Positions 12,096-24,984 of a stretch of DNA of 64,000 nt are shown here, piece after piece (the stretch's first letter is position 1; each line of letters starts with the position of its first letter). The stretch is taken from contig NC_069001.1 of assembly GCF_001194135.2 (NCBI RefSeq), positions 37,706,021 through 37,770,020 on the forward strand, written 5' to 3'. A program made the translations under genes and the position numbers. This stretch comes from Octopus bimaculoides (taxonomy: Eukaryota). Below the pieces are notes generated by a model, which made no database searches, was not told the origin of the DNA, and was given only the letters and a program-made list of their open reading frames with translations.

Positions 12096-12474
12096 AAATG
12101 ATCCTTCCACAGGTTCACCTACAGAAACCTTGTTACAACTTTTATTTCCTCTAAGCGATCGAGTTCGTTCATCTCCGAACTATTAGAGAATGCTCCAACA
12201 ATGGCACAGAACGCTGCCATGCATAAGCGGACTCATCAGGACCTCACCGGATCATTCGATTAGTAGTAGCGATGGGCAGTGTGTAGAAAGAGCAGGGACG
12301 TGGTTGACGTGGGCTGATGTCTTGCACCTATCAAGAATTCTTCGTTCATGGGGTTGGTTCCAGGCCCCGATCCCTATCATGGGAGGTGGTTCAGAGGTTT
12401 CCTGACTTTTTCAGGCCAGGGGAGACATGCCTGCTGAAACCTCCAGGGTAGCATGCATGCAGCCCCCGGACGTT
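12096..12474 (-). rRNA. Degenerate 3' end of 18S rRNA (pseudogenic fragment)
   Basis: The + strand reads tgatccttccacaggttcacctacagaaaccttgttacaacttt and gtagtagcgatgggcagtgtgtagaaagagcagggac. These are reverse complements of the universal 18S 3' motifs GTCGTAACAAGGTTTCCGTAGGTGAACCTGCGGAAGGATCA and GTCCCTGCCCTTTGTACACACCGCCCGTCGCTACTAC, with substitutions. Confidence 0.92.
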
Positions 12475-13794
12475 TGTGTTATTATTTTGGTCCTGTTCTA
12501 ATTTTGTTAATATCCGGGAACATACATCCACAACTTTGCTTACAGTAAGCCCTTGAACAAAAATTAGACATTTGAACATGTCTGAGATTAATTCATGAAA
12601 TTTGAATTTTTCACACTCTGTTAACTCCAGCATAGGTGACAAAATCTTCATCTTTTTTGACCAAATTTAAATATTGCCAGCAGGTATTGATCAAGGCACT
12701 AAAAATTTTCAATAAAATATTTTCATCAAAACAAATCTCCCCTGGTTTCTTTGGTAGAATATAGTTAGTATATTTTTCATGTTCAGCATGGGATAACTTT
12801 CTTAAAAGTAGTTATACATTTTTCTCATCAGACCAATTTTTACATTCTTGTTTGAAGATTTCTTCGTATCTTCAAAAATATGTAGAGAAAGTAATCCCTT
12901 CTTCTGGTTTATAACTGAATTCTTCAATTGAATTTGCTACGATGTCTGGCAAGTAAGAACCTGCAGTATTTTCAGACTTCTTCAACAGTAATTCCAGCAA
13001 CTGTTGGTTTTTGTTGTTGCTGCAACTGCACCATGGAGGCCAATAAGTCTCCCACATTAAAACAATTTTTTCTTTGGTTTCATACCAAAAAAAAAAAAAT
13101 TCTAAACATCCAACACCAACTCCATACAACTCATTACCACTTTTATATTCTGGTGTTGAATAAATAATTTAATGAAGCAGGGGAAAGAAATATTTACACG
13201 ACGCAATACAATTAACTATTACACAAAACTCAATACTCTCACTCAACGGCTCACAGTAGATTGCTTCCTCCCAATTGCTCACCATTCTTTATTTTATAGC
13301 CATGAGTCAGTCCACTTTCAGTCACTTGAGAGTGGTCGGAATCCTTCCACAATAAAAGACTTAAATGAAGAACTAAGAACCAACAGCTTTTATATAGTAA
13401 GGCATCTTATCCATCCTACATCAAATATTTCAATATCAAAACTTAATTTACATATTTTACTATTTCTTTGCTGTCACATTTCGAGGTGCACACATGGTTG
13501 TGTAATTAAAAAGTTCACTTGTCAACCATGTGATTCCAGGTTCAGTCCCACTGCAAGTGTCTACGAAAAAGGGTCAACCGAAACCTTAGGAGTAGATTTG
13601 ATAAATGGAAACTGAAAGAAGCCTTTCAGATATGTATGTGTATGTTTGTGTTTTGCTTTGTCTTGTGACACTGTCAAGCAAGCAATGTAATTTGTTTCCA
13701 GTCTTCCGTGAAGACATGTTTGGACAAGGTAAAATATTTCATCAAAAATAATGCACAGAGTATATTCTTATATTTAAACCTTTGGGGGTGGGGG

Positions 13795-14049
13795 GGAGTA
13801 AAGATTTTCGCCAATATAACATGGCAGTCCTGGTTTAGGATGAATGTTGCTGTAATTTAGCCCCAGGAGACAGCGTCTCCAGCTGGCTATATGACATGAT
13901 CTGTGTCCTAGATTCCCTATGTTTGAAAATATAAGGACACAGATCGTGTCGTATAGCCAGCTGGAGACGATGTCTCCTGGGGCTAAATTACAGCAACATT
14001 CATCCTAAACCAGGACTGCCATGTTATGTTGGCAAACAATCTTTACTCC
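13795..14049. mobile_element. Near-perfect palindromic (foldback/MITE) element
   Basis: Arms of about 110 bp (ggagtaaagatt...gatctgtgtcct and aggacacagatc...aatctttactcc) around a loop of about 25 nt. Confidence 0.8.
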
Positions 14050-14167
14050 AAAGTATTGTTGCTGAATATCTCTCGTTGTGAGATTTAAAAATAGTAATTT
14101 TCTTTTCTTTTTTTAAAAATATTTTTAGCATCATACTCTTTACAAACCAAAGTCCCAACCTGGAACC

Positions 14168-14597
14168 NNNNNNNNNNNNNNNNNNNNNNNNNNNNNNNNN
14201 NNNNNNNNNNNNNNNNNNNNNNNNNNNNNNNNNNNNNNNNNNNNNNNNNNNNNNNNNNNNNNNNNNNNNNNNNNNNNNNNNNNNNNNNNNNNNNNNNNNN
14301 NNNNNNNNNNNNNNNNNNNNNNNNNNNNNNNNNNNNNNNNNNNNNNNNNNNNNNNNNNNNNNNNNNNNNNNNNNNNNNNNNNNNNNNNNNNNNNNNNNNN
14401 NNNNNNNNNNNNNNNNNNNNNNNNNNNNNNNNNNNNNNNNNNNNNNNNNNNNNNNNNNNNNNNNNNNNNNNNNNNNNNNNNNNNNNNNNNNNNNNNNNNN
14501 NNNNNNNNNNNNNNNNNNNNNNNNNNNNNNNNNNNNNNNNNNNNNNNNNNNNNNNNNNNNNNNNNNNNNNNNNNNNNNNNNNNNNNNNNNNNNNNNN
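14168..14597. other. Assembly gap (N run)
   Basis: Run of N. Confidence 1.
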
Positions 14598-15436
14598 ATC
14601 TCATATGAAAACAGTTCCTTTCACTTTACTTGTTCAGCACAATGTACATCACCGATTGGCAGTGAAGAGAATATCAATAAAGATTATGAATGGTTGAAAT
14701 ATAGATTTTTAATCTTTACACAGACACAGAAAATGGCAGTGAATACTAACAAAAATTTGATTTATTTAAAAATAAAAAAAAAATATAATTTATTAAAGAT
14801 TTAAAAAGTAAAAATGGCAAAAAGCCTAGTCTCTGATTCTTCAAAATGTCCCTATGTAAAATTTCAGCCATCTAAGTATGAAACTGTAGCCAACAGCTTG
14901 AAACACATAGATTGATTTTTTTTTTTTTTTTTTGCAGGTCACCATAGGACAGAGTGTTAGGTTGTTTGCACTCATGATCATGAGATCATGGTTTCAACTC
15001 CTGAACCAGGAGGAGGTGCAGTGACTTCTTCAACAAAACACTTCATCACATGTTCCCCTCCCATCACTTCAACACCTCATGTGTGGTATACCATATACTT
15101 GTTCAGGCAACATTGATTTGATGGAAGGAGTGAACTAGTGTACAGCAAATACATTTGTGTGCAGCCTCCTGGCTTACCAGTTCTCAGTCAAACCATCCAA
15201 CCCATGCCAGCATGGAAAGCAGATATTAAATGATGATGATGATTGCAGAAACGTCTTCCTCAGACTATAACAGACCATTAATTAATCATCATCTTACCTC
15301 TTCACCAATGTAGATATAACAATGATTATATAAAATACAGTGGTAGGATGTTATCACACTGTTAAGTCCTCTCTATTGCTATGAAGTATAATAAATTAGG
15401 TGGGGGGGGGTTTCCGCCGCATACAATGGATTAGAT

Positions 15437-15665
15437 CAGTGGTTCTCACCTGGGGTCCATATGAAATTTTATTGCTGAAATTTATGTGCAATAAAATTGG
15501 TTACATTTCTACACAAAATCTTTTAATTTTTTTTACACAATTCCTAATAATATTTAATTATAAAAATGTTACAGGATTGTTTAAACACGAAATGGCGATG
15601 AGGGTCCACCCAGGTAAAACAGGAATCCAAGGGATCTACAGGTGAAAAAGGGTTGGGAAATACTA
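15437..15665. mobile_element. hAT-like MITE
   Basis: Starts cagtggttctcacc, ends ggttgggaaatacta; imperfect attaga flanking duplication. Confidence 0.6.
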
Positions 15666-15897
15666 ATTAGACAGATGCAGTAATTACATCACAAGAACAC
15701 ACACTATTTAATCTTTGTTCAAATTAATGTTTTTTCCTCTTGCTCATTCTGTACCTTTAGTAATTTTACGAATTTTTGTAAGGCATCAATTTTCATAGAA
15801 TTACTAAATTTACAAAGACAGAAAATCCAAATTGAATGACAAAACTTAACAACCTGTTGGATTGTATTTACTTACTGAAACCCAAACTGTGACACAG

Positions 15898-17421
15898 TCA
15901 TTGTTGTGTGTGAGCAGCTACATGTTTGGTTAAGGAACCTTTTTGTGAGAAGGATTTACCACAAATATTGCACCGATGTGGCTTCTCTCCTGTATGAATA
16001 AATTTATGTTTAGTTAAAGTATCATTTCTTGAGAATGATTTACCACATATATCACAGGAATATGGCTTTTCCCCAGTGTGAACGCGTTTATGAGTGGTTA
16101 ACTGACTACTCACAGTGAACGCTCTGCCACACACAACACAGCAATATGGCTTCTCTCCTGTATGAATACGTTTGTGTTTAGAGAAGGCACTATTTCCAGA
16201 GAATGATTTACCACAAATATCACAGGTATATGGCTTCTCTCCTGTATGAATGCGTTTGTGAGTGGTTAGTTGGCTACTAACAGAAAATGATTTACCACAG
16301 ATATCACAGTGATATGGTTTCTCTCCTGTATGAACACGTTTGTGAGAAATTAATTCACCACTCTGACAAAATGATTTACCACACACATCACAGTGATATG
16401 GTTTCTCTCCTGTATGAGTACGTTTATGAGTTGTTAAGTCGCCAATTCCAGAAAATAATTTACTACAGATATCACAGTGATATGGCTTTTCTCCTGTATG
16501 AATACGTTTATGCTTAGTGAGGTCACCGTTCTGAGAGAATGATTTATTACAGATATCACAGTGATATGGCTTCTCTCCTGTATGAATGCGTTTATGTTTA
16601 GTTAAGTCTCCTTGTTGAGAGAATGATTTACCACAGACATCACAGTGATAAGGTTTCTCTCCTGTATGAACACGTTTGTGATTGGTTAATTGACAATTTA
16701 CAGAAAATGATTTACCACAGATATCACAACGATATGGCTTCTCTCCAGTATGAATACGTTTGTGAATGGTTATATCACCACTCCCAGAGAACGACTTTCC
16801 ACAGATATCACAGTGATATGGCTTCTCACCTGTATGAATACGTTTATGTTTAGTTAAAGCACCACTTCTAGAGAATGATTTACCACAGATATCACAGTGA
16901 TATGGCTTCTCACCTGTATGAACAGATCTATGTTTAGTTAAATAACTAAGTACTGAGAATGATTTGCCACAGATATTACAGCAATGTGATTTCTTTCCTG
17001 TGTGAATGAGTTTGTGAGTAGATAATTGACTACTTCCAGAGAATGATTTACCACAGGCATCACAGTGATATGGCTTTTCACCTGTATGAATACGCAGGTG
17101 TAAATTTAAGGCACTCTTTTCAGAGAATGATTTGCCACAGATATCACAGTGATATGGTTTCTCTCCAGTATGAATACGTTTATGAGAAATTAAATAACTA
17201 CTTCTATAAAATGATTTACCACAAATGTCACAGCGATATGGTTCTTCTCCCGTATGAAGACGTTGGTGAGTTGTTAAGTTACCTTTTTGAGCAAATGTCT
17301 TCTTACAGATGTCACACTGGTACAATGCTTTCCCTCGCTCTTTCTTTTTATTATTAGGGAAACCAATCCTGTTAGATTGTTTTTCGCAATTAGCCTTGTT
17401 CCCGTGTATTTCACCTTCCAT
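15898..17421 (-). CDS. C2H2 zinc-finger protein, 17 fingers
   Basis: 507-aa ORF with 17 canonical fingers; ends HVAAHTQQ*. Confidence 0.95.
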   Translation of the reverse strand: MEGEIHGNKANCEKQSNRIGFPNNKKKERGKALYQCDICKKTFAQKGNLTTHQRLHTGEEPYRCDICGKSFYRSSYLISHKRIHTGEKPYHCDICGKSFSEKSALNLHLRIHTGEKPYHCDACGKSFSGSSQLSTHKLIHTGKKSHCCNICGKSFSVLSYLTKHRSVHTGEKPYHCDICGKSFSRSGALTKHKRIHTGEKPYHCDICGKSFSGSGDITIHKRIHTGEKPYRCDICGKSFSVNCQLTNHKRVHTGEKPYHCDVCGKSFSQQGDLTKHKRIHTGEKPYHCDICNKSFSQNGDLTKHKRIHTGEKPYHCDICSKLFSGIGDLTTHKRTHTGEKPYHCDVCGKSFCQSGELISHKRVHTGEKPYHCDICGKSFSVSSQLTTHKRIHTGEKPYTCDICGKSFSGNSAFSKHKRIHTGEKPYCCVVCGRAFTVSSQLTTHKRVHTGEKPYSCDICGKSFSRNDTLTKHKFIHTGEKPHRCNICGKSFSQKGSLTKHVAAHTQQ

Positions 17422-18129
17422 AATTTTTCATCTTTCACCACAATATAGCGATGAATTTCTTTCTTTTTCTTAGTTATAATCTCTTTTTCCAAACAAATAT
17501 TTCTATGTTTCCATAAACTGTGAGTTTCTTTGAGATTTGAAAATGCTGCAAACTCCTTTGCAACTGACATTTAATTCCAAACAGTGAATCAGAGAAATTT
17601 TGCATAGATTTAAACAAACAGATTTATATCTCTTCTGTGTAACATCTTCCTTCAGTCTTGAACAAATGATTAATATTGATGTGTTTCAAGTTAAAAATTT
17701 CCCTCTTTGTCAAGGTCATCAGATATTCTGAAATAAAAGAGAAACAGTCTAAAATATCAACCATAGTAAAAAATAAATGAATAAATTTGAAACCCTAAAA
17801 ATTAAACAACTTGCACATACACACAGTCTATTATCGATTCTGGATCAAAGGACATCATGTAATCAGTCAGAACTCCTTTAGTTTTTGGCATTTTTAGAAA
17901 ATTTTTGTGAATTTGTGTTCTACAAACTCTATCTAGTACACCTTAACTTTTATTGATGACACTGGCATTGGAAAGCTTGCAATGGACATTGCAAGTGCAT
18001 CCAGGTAAGTGTGTAACAAGACATTTACTAACAGAAAACTATGCTCTTAAAATAAATCTTTTACATACCTTTTTTAAATCACTGTGGATAAATCGCAGCA
18101 ATGACCTCAAACTTTCCAACACCTGTGTT

Positions 18130-18480
18130 ATCAATACGGATTAAGTCTAATCCGTAGGGATTTATGTGGGGTGGACAATGAAAAGATTTCAATCATAAAA
18201 AATCTTTTTTGCATAATCGTAGGAGATAGAGTTTGCAAAAATTTTCAGAAAAAAACCAATATCTTAAAGCATTATGACCAGTTACATGGTGTGCTTCGAT
18301 CTAGAATCGGTAATAGACATTCAACCATTCATCGACACCTGCATGCCATTGGAAAAAGTCAGCAAATTGGGTCGATGGGTTCCTCACAAACTTCCCGAGT
18401 TTAATCACGTGCAGAGTGTGAATGTGTGCTCTTCTTTGCTCTCACGTCTCATGAATTTACCTTTTTGGGATTGATTATCG
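18130..18480 (+). mobile_element. Mariner transposase relic
   Basis: Frameshifted peptides HSTIHRHLHAIGK and SKLGRWVPHKL (mariner WVPHEL motif). Confidence 0.75.
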
Positions 18481-19100
18481 ATCTCTAACTAGCAATATCA
18501 AAATCACTTTAAATTACCGATGTCGAGCAAAACTTGTCACGTTTATATTTTAGAAATAAAGGTAAAAGCTGGCTAAACAATGTATTCAACTGACTTTAAG
18601 AAATACAAACTTTCTCTTTGAGTTGGGGTTAAGATATGGGGGAATAACGATAACTGAAATTGAGTGTGGAAAGGAAAACAGGGGAAGTATTAAGACAACA
18701 ATAAGTACTGTCAGCTAAAGCAAATTTTTCAGCTCACTATATTTACATGCAACATCCAAGCGTATGGGATCAACATCGTTACTTTAGTAAAATCTCTTCT
18801 TTTAACTGAAAACACCAAAACAAACAGATGTAGTAGAAAAATGACACGACCGATATATAATGTAAGACGTAGTTTCTATTAAGAATACTTACATATTAAT
18901 ATAGAGCCAGTGACGAAGATTTCACATGTCAGATTGAACAATGACAGCTTCAATACGTCTACATTTACATCAATCGACAGCATAGTATTCACTCTAGGAC
19001 ATCGAAATGCGGCATTCGTGATGAAAGCAACAATAATGGGGGATGTATAAAAATAGACTCGGCAATCTTGAACTACCGAAACGAATTAGTAAACACTACC
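18470..19100 (-). promoter_or_regulatory. Conserved 5' module of the 17421 gene (donor 18892, acceptor 17728)
   Basis: Reverse-complement copy of the module with acttac at 18887-18892; gatattctgaaa acceptor at 17722-17733. Confidence 0.68.
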
Positions 19101-21736
19101 CAGATGGTTATTATTGTCATAGATTATAATATTCTTCAACGTTATTGTTTATTTAACTTATGGCACTGTTTCACCAATGAAAGAAAAAGAAAATGAAACA
19201 GAAAATGAGTTAAAAAAAAGAAAAGAAACTAAAAATACGTTTAGCCTTCCAGAGAAAACAGTAAATGCTTATTTTCGTTTCCGTTAATCGTAATAAATGT
19301 AACCTCTTTTATAATGTGTGCATTGACGTAAACAAAAATATCTGAAAGTTTAGGGAAATAAATTTATGAACTGTTTTATTTGTATATATTAGAAAGGTTT
19401 TATTTATTACTATGCTGCCTAAATAATTGCATGATGCTACCGAGAAATGAAATCAAGTCTGCAATAACATTTTCGCTTCGCTCTTTCAGGATAACATTTT
19501 TGTATATCTCCTGCTTCATTTTGTTTTCAGTCCCGCGCCATAAGCGGGAGATTATATAACTTACTAAAGTTAAATGGTTAATAAAACATACTTTTTTTTT
19601 TTACAAAAAAGAAACAAATGAACAGTAACAGATATCTAAGTTTTGCAACTGTTTGCAAGCCAGTCCCTCTATTCAGACTACAGTATGCTTGGTATCAGAG
19701 GAGCCAGTAGGCTGAAGACCATCAGGTTGGTTGTGGAGACAACATGAGTTGCATCAAAGTGGCTGTGGATTAGGAGATGCGAACCCTGAAAGGGCTAGTG
19801 TTAACTGGACACAAGCTGGGTGAAGCTCCAGTGGGTCACCTGGATGAGGGTGTCTGATGTTGAAAGACTCAAAATGCTTAATGACTCCAAGAAATATCAG
19901 TGATGATGTGTCCAGGTGCATCAAGGATGATTTATGGAAAAACCTATATATATTTTACAGATAAGAGAGTAATTTCGAATACAGCACAGCCGTGGAAGAG
20001 CGTAGGCTCGAAACGTTAAAGACTTTTTTACTTCCCAAGCGTTAAACTAATACAGCTGTTTGTTTTCTACACCATCTGTCTTCGTTTTTTGTTTTTTTGT
20101 GAATTCTCCCTATATATATATATATATATATCATCATATTTACATTTTCATGACTTTCTTCTCTGAAACCTTGACTTTACCAGTTTGTAGCTTCTATACA
20201 GAGCAATACTCTCTCACTTTCTCTTTTTTTTTTCTAATTGGAGTAGCCATGGATCTCCGCCCCAGCAGAATCCCTGTCTCTTTAACCGCTTGTCTCTTGG
20301 CACAAAGCCACCTCTCATCCATTCTACTTCCATCTCACTTGAAGCATCTTGTCTTGCAAGTTGCTTGATGACCTCACCAGTGCTGGTGCCATGTAAAAAG
20401 CACCCAGTTCACTATGTAAAATGATTGGCATTAGGAAGGGTATCCAGCTGTAGAAACCATGCCAAAGCAGAGAGCAGAGCTTGGCACAATCCTCTGATTC
20501 ATCAGCTCCTGTCAAACTGTCCAACCCATGGCAGTTCAGTCGTGGTTTCTTTTACCACTATACCTAGTGTGAAGTTGCCACAACTAAACATTAACACTGT
20601 TACATTTCTATAGAATAACGAAAGAGCCTTTCATAAACTTCACAAGTAATTTGATGCAATTCAAAACAAGTAGGTAACAATTTATTCTCCGTTATAAAAT
20701 ACAATGATTGCCATACATGAAATAAAATAACATAACAGGACACAACAAAGATGTGTGAGAGAACTCTGTGGTTGGGCTGGACTGATCTGGTAGACGAAGT
20801 CAATGTACTGTTTGGTGGTATGTTTGTCGTGTAATTTTCATACAGTAACAATGTAAGCAGGTGTTTGGTGGGGTGAAAGCGGAGACTGGCAGGTGTCAGA
20901 TACACTGTTGCTGGAGATGAGCTGCATGTGGTCAGTGGCACATGCCAATGACCTAGAGCAGTTGAAAACTGTCTTTTTTATAGAGATCAGTAGGCTCCCA
21001 GAGTTGGTGATTAATTTCCTGCGTAAGGAAAAATAAACTGTTGTGCCAACACAATTGAATGGCTTGAAACCGACCAATACAAACAACAGGTTCATGTGAC
21101 CTGCTGAAACGAAAAGGGCTCTGGAGCCAGCATTTGGGTATTTAAGCTTAACGATCTTTCACCTAATGGTTAAACATTTGAAACTAATTGAATCATTATG
21201 CTGAGATATTCCTGTAATGTTGCCCTAAGTTCAGAGTCTGATAAAAAAAAAAAAAAAGAGGCAGGTTACAGTTGGAATGTCTCGAACAACAGGTCTGCTG
21301 CATGAGAACTGTCCTAGAGTCAAAAAACAACAAAGGATATTATACATAATATAGTCCTCCTCCTCCTCATCTTCATCATTTAACATCTGTCTTCCATGCT
21401 GGCATGGGTTGGACGATTTGAAAGGAATTATGTCAATAAGAGACATTTGTTATTCATCTATTCATGCTGAGAAAGTATCAATATTGATATTTTCCAATAT
21501 GCTAGTCGTATATTGATAAAAATCACTAAATTATAACAGAATAAATAATGACCATCTCGCTATCATCGTGTAACGTCCGTTTTTTTTCATGCTGGCATGG
21601 GTTGGACGTTACAATTATAACAACAAGGAACTAATTAATTTGAATACAATTTTAATTGTACACATGTGTAATTGTATTTACGAGGTGAATTTTAAAATTG
21701 ATACAGTTCAGCCTGAATAATTAAATATTTAGTCAA

Positions 21737-22245
21737 CTCATTAACTGCCAAATATTTTTATTCATATTTTTTGGCTCTGCCAAGTGTCTTAAGAGTTAAA
21801 ATAATATATAGTATTTAAATTTTCCTCATATGTGAATTATTTTGGAAATTATGATAAATTTTTCTTAACGTCCCAAAGGGGGATCGCTGAAAAAAAGAAT
21901 ATTTATTCTTCTCTATTCAATTGCAATAATAAATATTTAAGTTTTTTGGAAACTATAATATCAAATGCGAATGTGTATGAAATATCAATGAATGATATAA
22001 ATGGGAAATGCAAAAATAAAAAAAAACTCTTCAAAACAGTCGATATTTTTGTAGTTCAGAAATTGTGATTTTATGACATAAAATGTCCTCTCGAATTATC
22101 CAGAGCTAATAATGACAAACTACTAAATATTGTTGAACACACCTCTGCAAATGGACAGAAGCATTTCACTTGAAATACAACGAACAACCAGCAGTGAGAC
22201 TCTTTTTAGCAGGTCCCCAAATGGGGCTCATGGGAAGGCAAGGGG
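21737..22245. mobile_element. About 509-bp insertion flanked by a TCAA duplication (TTAA-targeting DNA-transposon type)
   Basis: TCAA at 21733-21736 and 22246-22249; the paralogous empty site near 10985 reads TTAA. Confidence 0.55.
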
Positions 22246-22356
22246 TCAAGTAACTTTTTTCAGATACTGATTTATAATAGACATCACAGTTCCCTACTAC
22301 AAGAATATGTTTGTGTGTCCTGGACAGAGAAGTCTGAAAGAATGATTTATCAGATT

Positions 22357-23556
22357 TCACAGGGATGTAGATTCTCTCTTGTAATGAATACGTTTGTGAG
22401 TGGTTAGGTTACATTTCTGAGTGAACGACTTGTGACAGACATCACACTGGTATCGTTTATCTCCTGTATGAATACGTTTGTGTATGTTTAAGGAACTTTT
22501 TTCAGAGAATGACTTACCACAGATATCACAGTGGTGTGGCTTCTCTCCTGTATGTGTAACTTTATGTTTAGTTAAGCTACCACTTAGAGAGAATGATTTA
22601 CCACAAACTTCACAACTATATGGCTTCTCTCCAGTATGAATACGCTTGTGTGTAACTAATTGGCTATTTCCAGAGAATGCCTTCCCACAGATATCACAGT
22701 GATATGGCATTTCTCCTGTGTGAATACGTTTGTGTATATTTAAGGTGCCCTTTCCAGAGAATGATTTACCACAAACATCACAGTGATATGGTTTCTCTCC
22801 AGTATGAATACGTTTATGAGAAATTAAGTAACTATTTCTACAGAATGATTTACCACAGATATCACAAAGATATGGTTCTTCTCCTGAATGGATAAGTTTG
22901 TGTGTATCCAAGTTACCTTTTTGAGAGAAAGACTTTTTACAAATATCACACTGATATGGCTCTTCTCCTGTATGAATACGTTTGTGAGTAGTTAAGCTAC
23001 TACTTACAGAGAAGGATTTACCACAGATATCACAATGATATGGTTCCTCTCCTGTATGAATACGTCTATGAGTAGTTAAGCTACCACTAACAGAGAAGGA
23101 TTTACCACAGATATCACAATGATATGGTTCTTCTCCAGTATGAATACGAATGTGAGTAGCTAAGCTACCTTTTTGAGAGAAAGATTTTTTGCATATATTA
23201 CAGTTATATGCTTTCTCTCCTGCATGAATACGTCTGTGAGTTGTTAAGTTACTATTTACAGTGAATGATTTACCACAGATTTCACAGTGATATGGCTTCT
23301 CTCCTGTATGAATTCGTTTGTGTAAGTTTAAGCCACCCTTTTCAGAAAATGATTTACCACAGATATCACAGTGATATGGTTTCTCGCCTGTATGGATGCG
23401 TCTGTGAACAGTTAAGTTACATTTTTGAGAAAATGACTTGTTACAGATATCACAGTGATATATTTTTCCTTTCTCTTGTTTTTCCTCAGCAGAAAAATCA
23501 AGTCTCTTAAACTGTGGTTCACATTCAAACTTGTTCTCACGTAGTTCATCTTCCAT
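22357..23556 (-). CDS. C2H2 zinc-finger protein, 13 fingers
   Basis: 399-aa ORF; last two fingers and tail HYKRESTSL* nearly identical to the 9843 gene. Confidence 0.94.
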   Translation of the reverse strand: MEDELRENKFECEPQFKRLDFSAEEKQEKGKIYHCDICNKSFSQKCNLTVHRRIHTGEKPYHCDICGKSFSEKGGLNLHKRIHTGEKPYHCEICGKSFTVNSNLTTHRRIHAGEKAYNCNICKKSFSQKGSLATHIRIHTGEEPYHCDICGKSFSVSGSLTTHRRIHTGEEPYHCDICGKSFSVSSSLTTHKRIHTGEEPYQCDICKKSFSQKGNLDTHKLIHSGEEPYLCDICGKSFCRNSYLISHKRIHTGEKPYHCDVCGKSFSGKGTLNIHKRIHTGEMPYHCDICGKAFSGNSQLVTHKRIHTGEKPYSCEVCGKSFSLSGSLTKHKVTHTGEKPHHCDICGKSFSEKSSLNIHKRIHTGDKRYQCDVCHKSFTQKCNLTTHKRIHYKRESTSL

Positions 23557-23917
23557 AATTTTACATCATTCACCACAATATACAAATGGTTTTTTTCTAG
23601 TTTTGCTTTTATATTTTATTCCTCGCAAATGTTTCTTCTGTTATGTTTCTGTCAATTGTGACCTCTGTTGATATTGGAATATGCTGCAAACTGCTTTGCA
23701 ATCCAAAGTTTAATTAAAACTTGAAATCATACTGTACACATTTCAGAGAACGAAGCAGGGAAATTTTGGAAACTTGTCTCTGTTCAGATCAAATATTTCA
23801 CAGAAATTCTTGCATAGATTTATATAAACAAGTTTATGTCTCTTGTGTATAAGACTTTCCTTTAGTCTTTAAAACTTTCTACTTTGCCAATGTCATCTGA
23901 TATTCTGAAATAAAAAG

Positions 23918-24286
23918 NNNNNNNNNNNNNNNNNNNNNNNNNNNNNNNNNNNNNNNNNNNNNNNNNNNNNNNNNNNNNNNNNNNNNNNNNNNNNNNNNNN
24001 NNNNNNNNNNNNNNNNNNNNNNNNNNNNNNNNNNNNNNNNNNNNNNNNNNNNNNNNNNNNNNNNNNNNNNNNNNNNNNNNNNNNNNNNNNNNNNNNNNNN
24101 NNNNNNNNNNNNNNNNNNNNNNNNNNNNNNNNNNNNNNNNNNNNNNNNNNNNNNNNNNNNNNNNNNNNNNNNNNNNNNNNNNNNNNNNNNNNNNNNNNNN
24201 NNNNNNNNNNNNNNNNNNNNNNNNNNNNNNNNNNNNNNNNNNNNNNNNNNNNNNNNNNNNNNNNNNNNNNNNNNNNNNNNNNNNNN
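23918..24286. other. Assembly gap (N run)
   Basis: Run of N. Confidence 1.
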
Positions 24287-24589
24287 GTAAGCAGCGATGT
24301 CTAACAACGTCTGGTTAATACAGTGAAATGTCCTAATAGATAAACGTGACTGCCTTTCCATAACTTCCTCTTTCATGTCAGATACTTTATTTCTTCTTTG
24401 AAGACTTTATTTTGGTTTCCATTAATCAATGGCAGCCTGCAGACCAAGTATGGCGAGAGGATGTGTGGAGCACAATTATATACACACACACATATATTTA
24501 CAGAGGCAATGACAAATGACCGAGACCTTCAGCAATGCGCTGTGCTTGAGTAGAAGTGAAATCATAGTTGTGGCAGATACTGGTGTCAT

Positions 24590-24860
24590 GCAACAGGTTT
24601 ATGTGTCGGTGGCACATAAACGCACCCATTACGCTCTCGGAGTGGTTAGCATTAGGAAGAGTATCCAGCCGTATTAAGGATGCCAAATGAGACTGGATTT
24701 TGATGCAGCCCCTCACGTTGCAAGCCCTGGTCAAATCGTCCAACCCATATCAGCTTGGACCGCGGACCTTAAATGATGACGATAATGAGATATCATCATC
24801 ATCATCATCATTTAACGTCCGTATTCCATGCTGGCAAGGGTTGGATGATTTGACAGGATC
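24590..24860. mobile_element. Two (GAT)n-tailed SINE copies tail-to-tail
   Basis: + copy ends ttaaatgatgacgataatgag, followed directly by a - copy starting atcatcatcatcatttaacgtcc. Confidence 0.75.
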
Positions 24861-24984
24861 TGATGCCATGTACACAAGTACAAGTTCAAGAGGTGACAAA
24901 CGCCGGTCTTTAGTCCCTTCTTGTTTATGATGGTTCTATGTGCCATAAGAGAGGGATTTAAGACAGGCTGTCCATGGGAACTCC

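Noticed and set aside
11780-12474. Functional rRNA genes
   Set aside because: Partial, internally deleted, and mutated at universally conserved positions.
20760-21130. Possible Ty3/Gypsy gag relic on the minus strand
   Set aside because: Only a vague resemblance across frameshifts; it cannot be supported without a profile search.
8995-24376. ORFs 8995..9324, 9053..9322, 14140..14604 and 23879..24376
   Set aside because: They appear open only because they run through N gaps.
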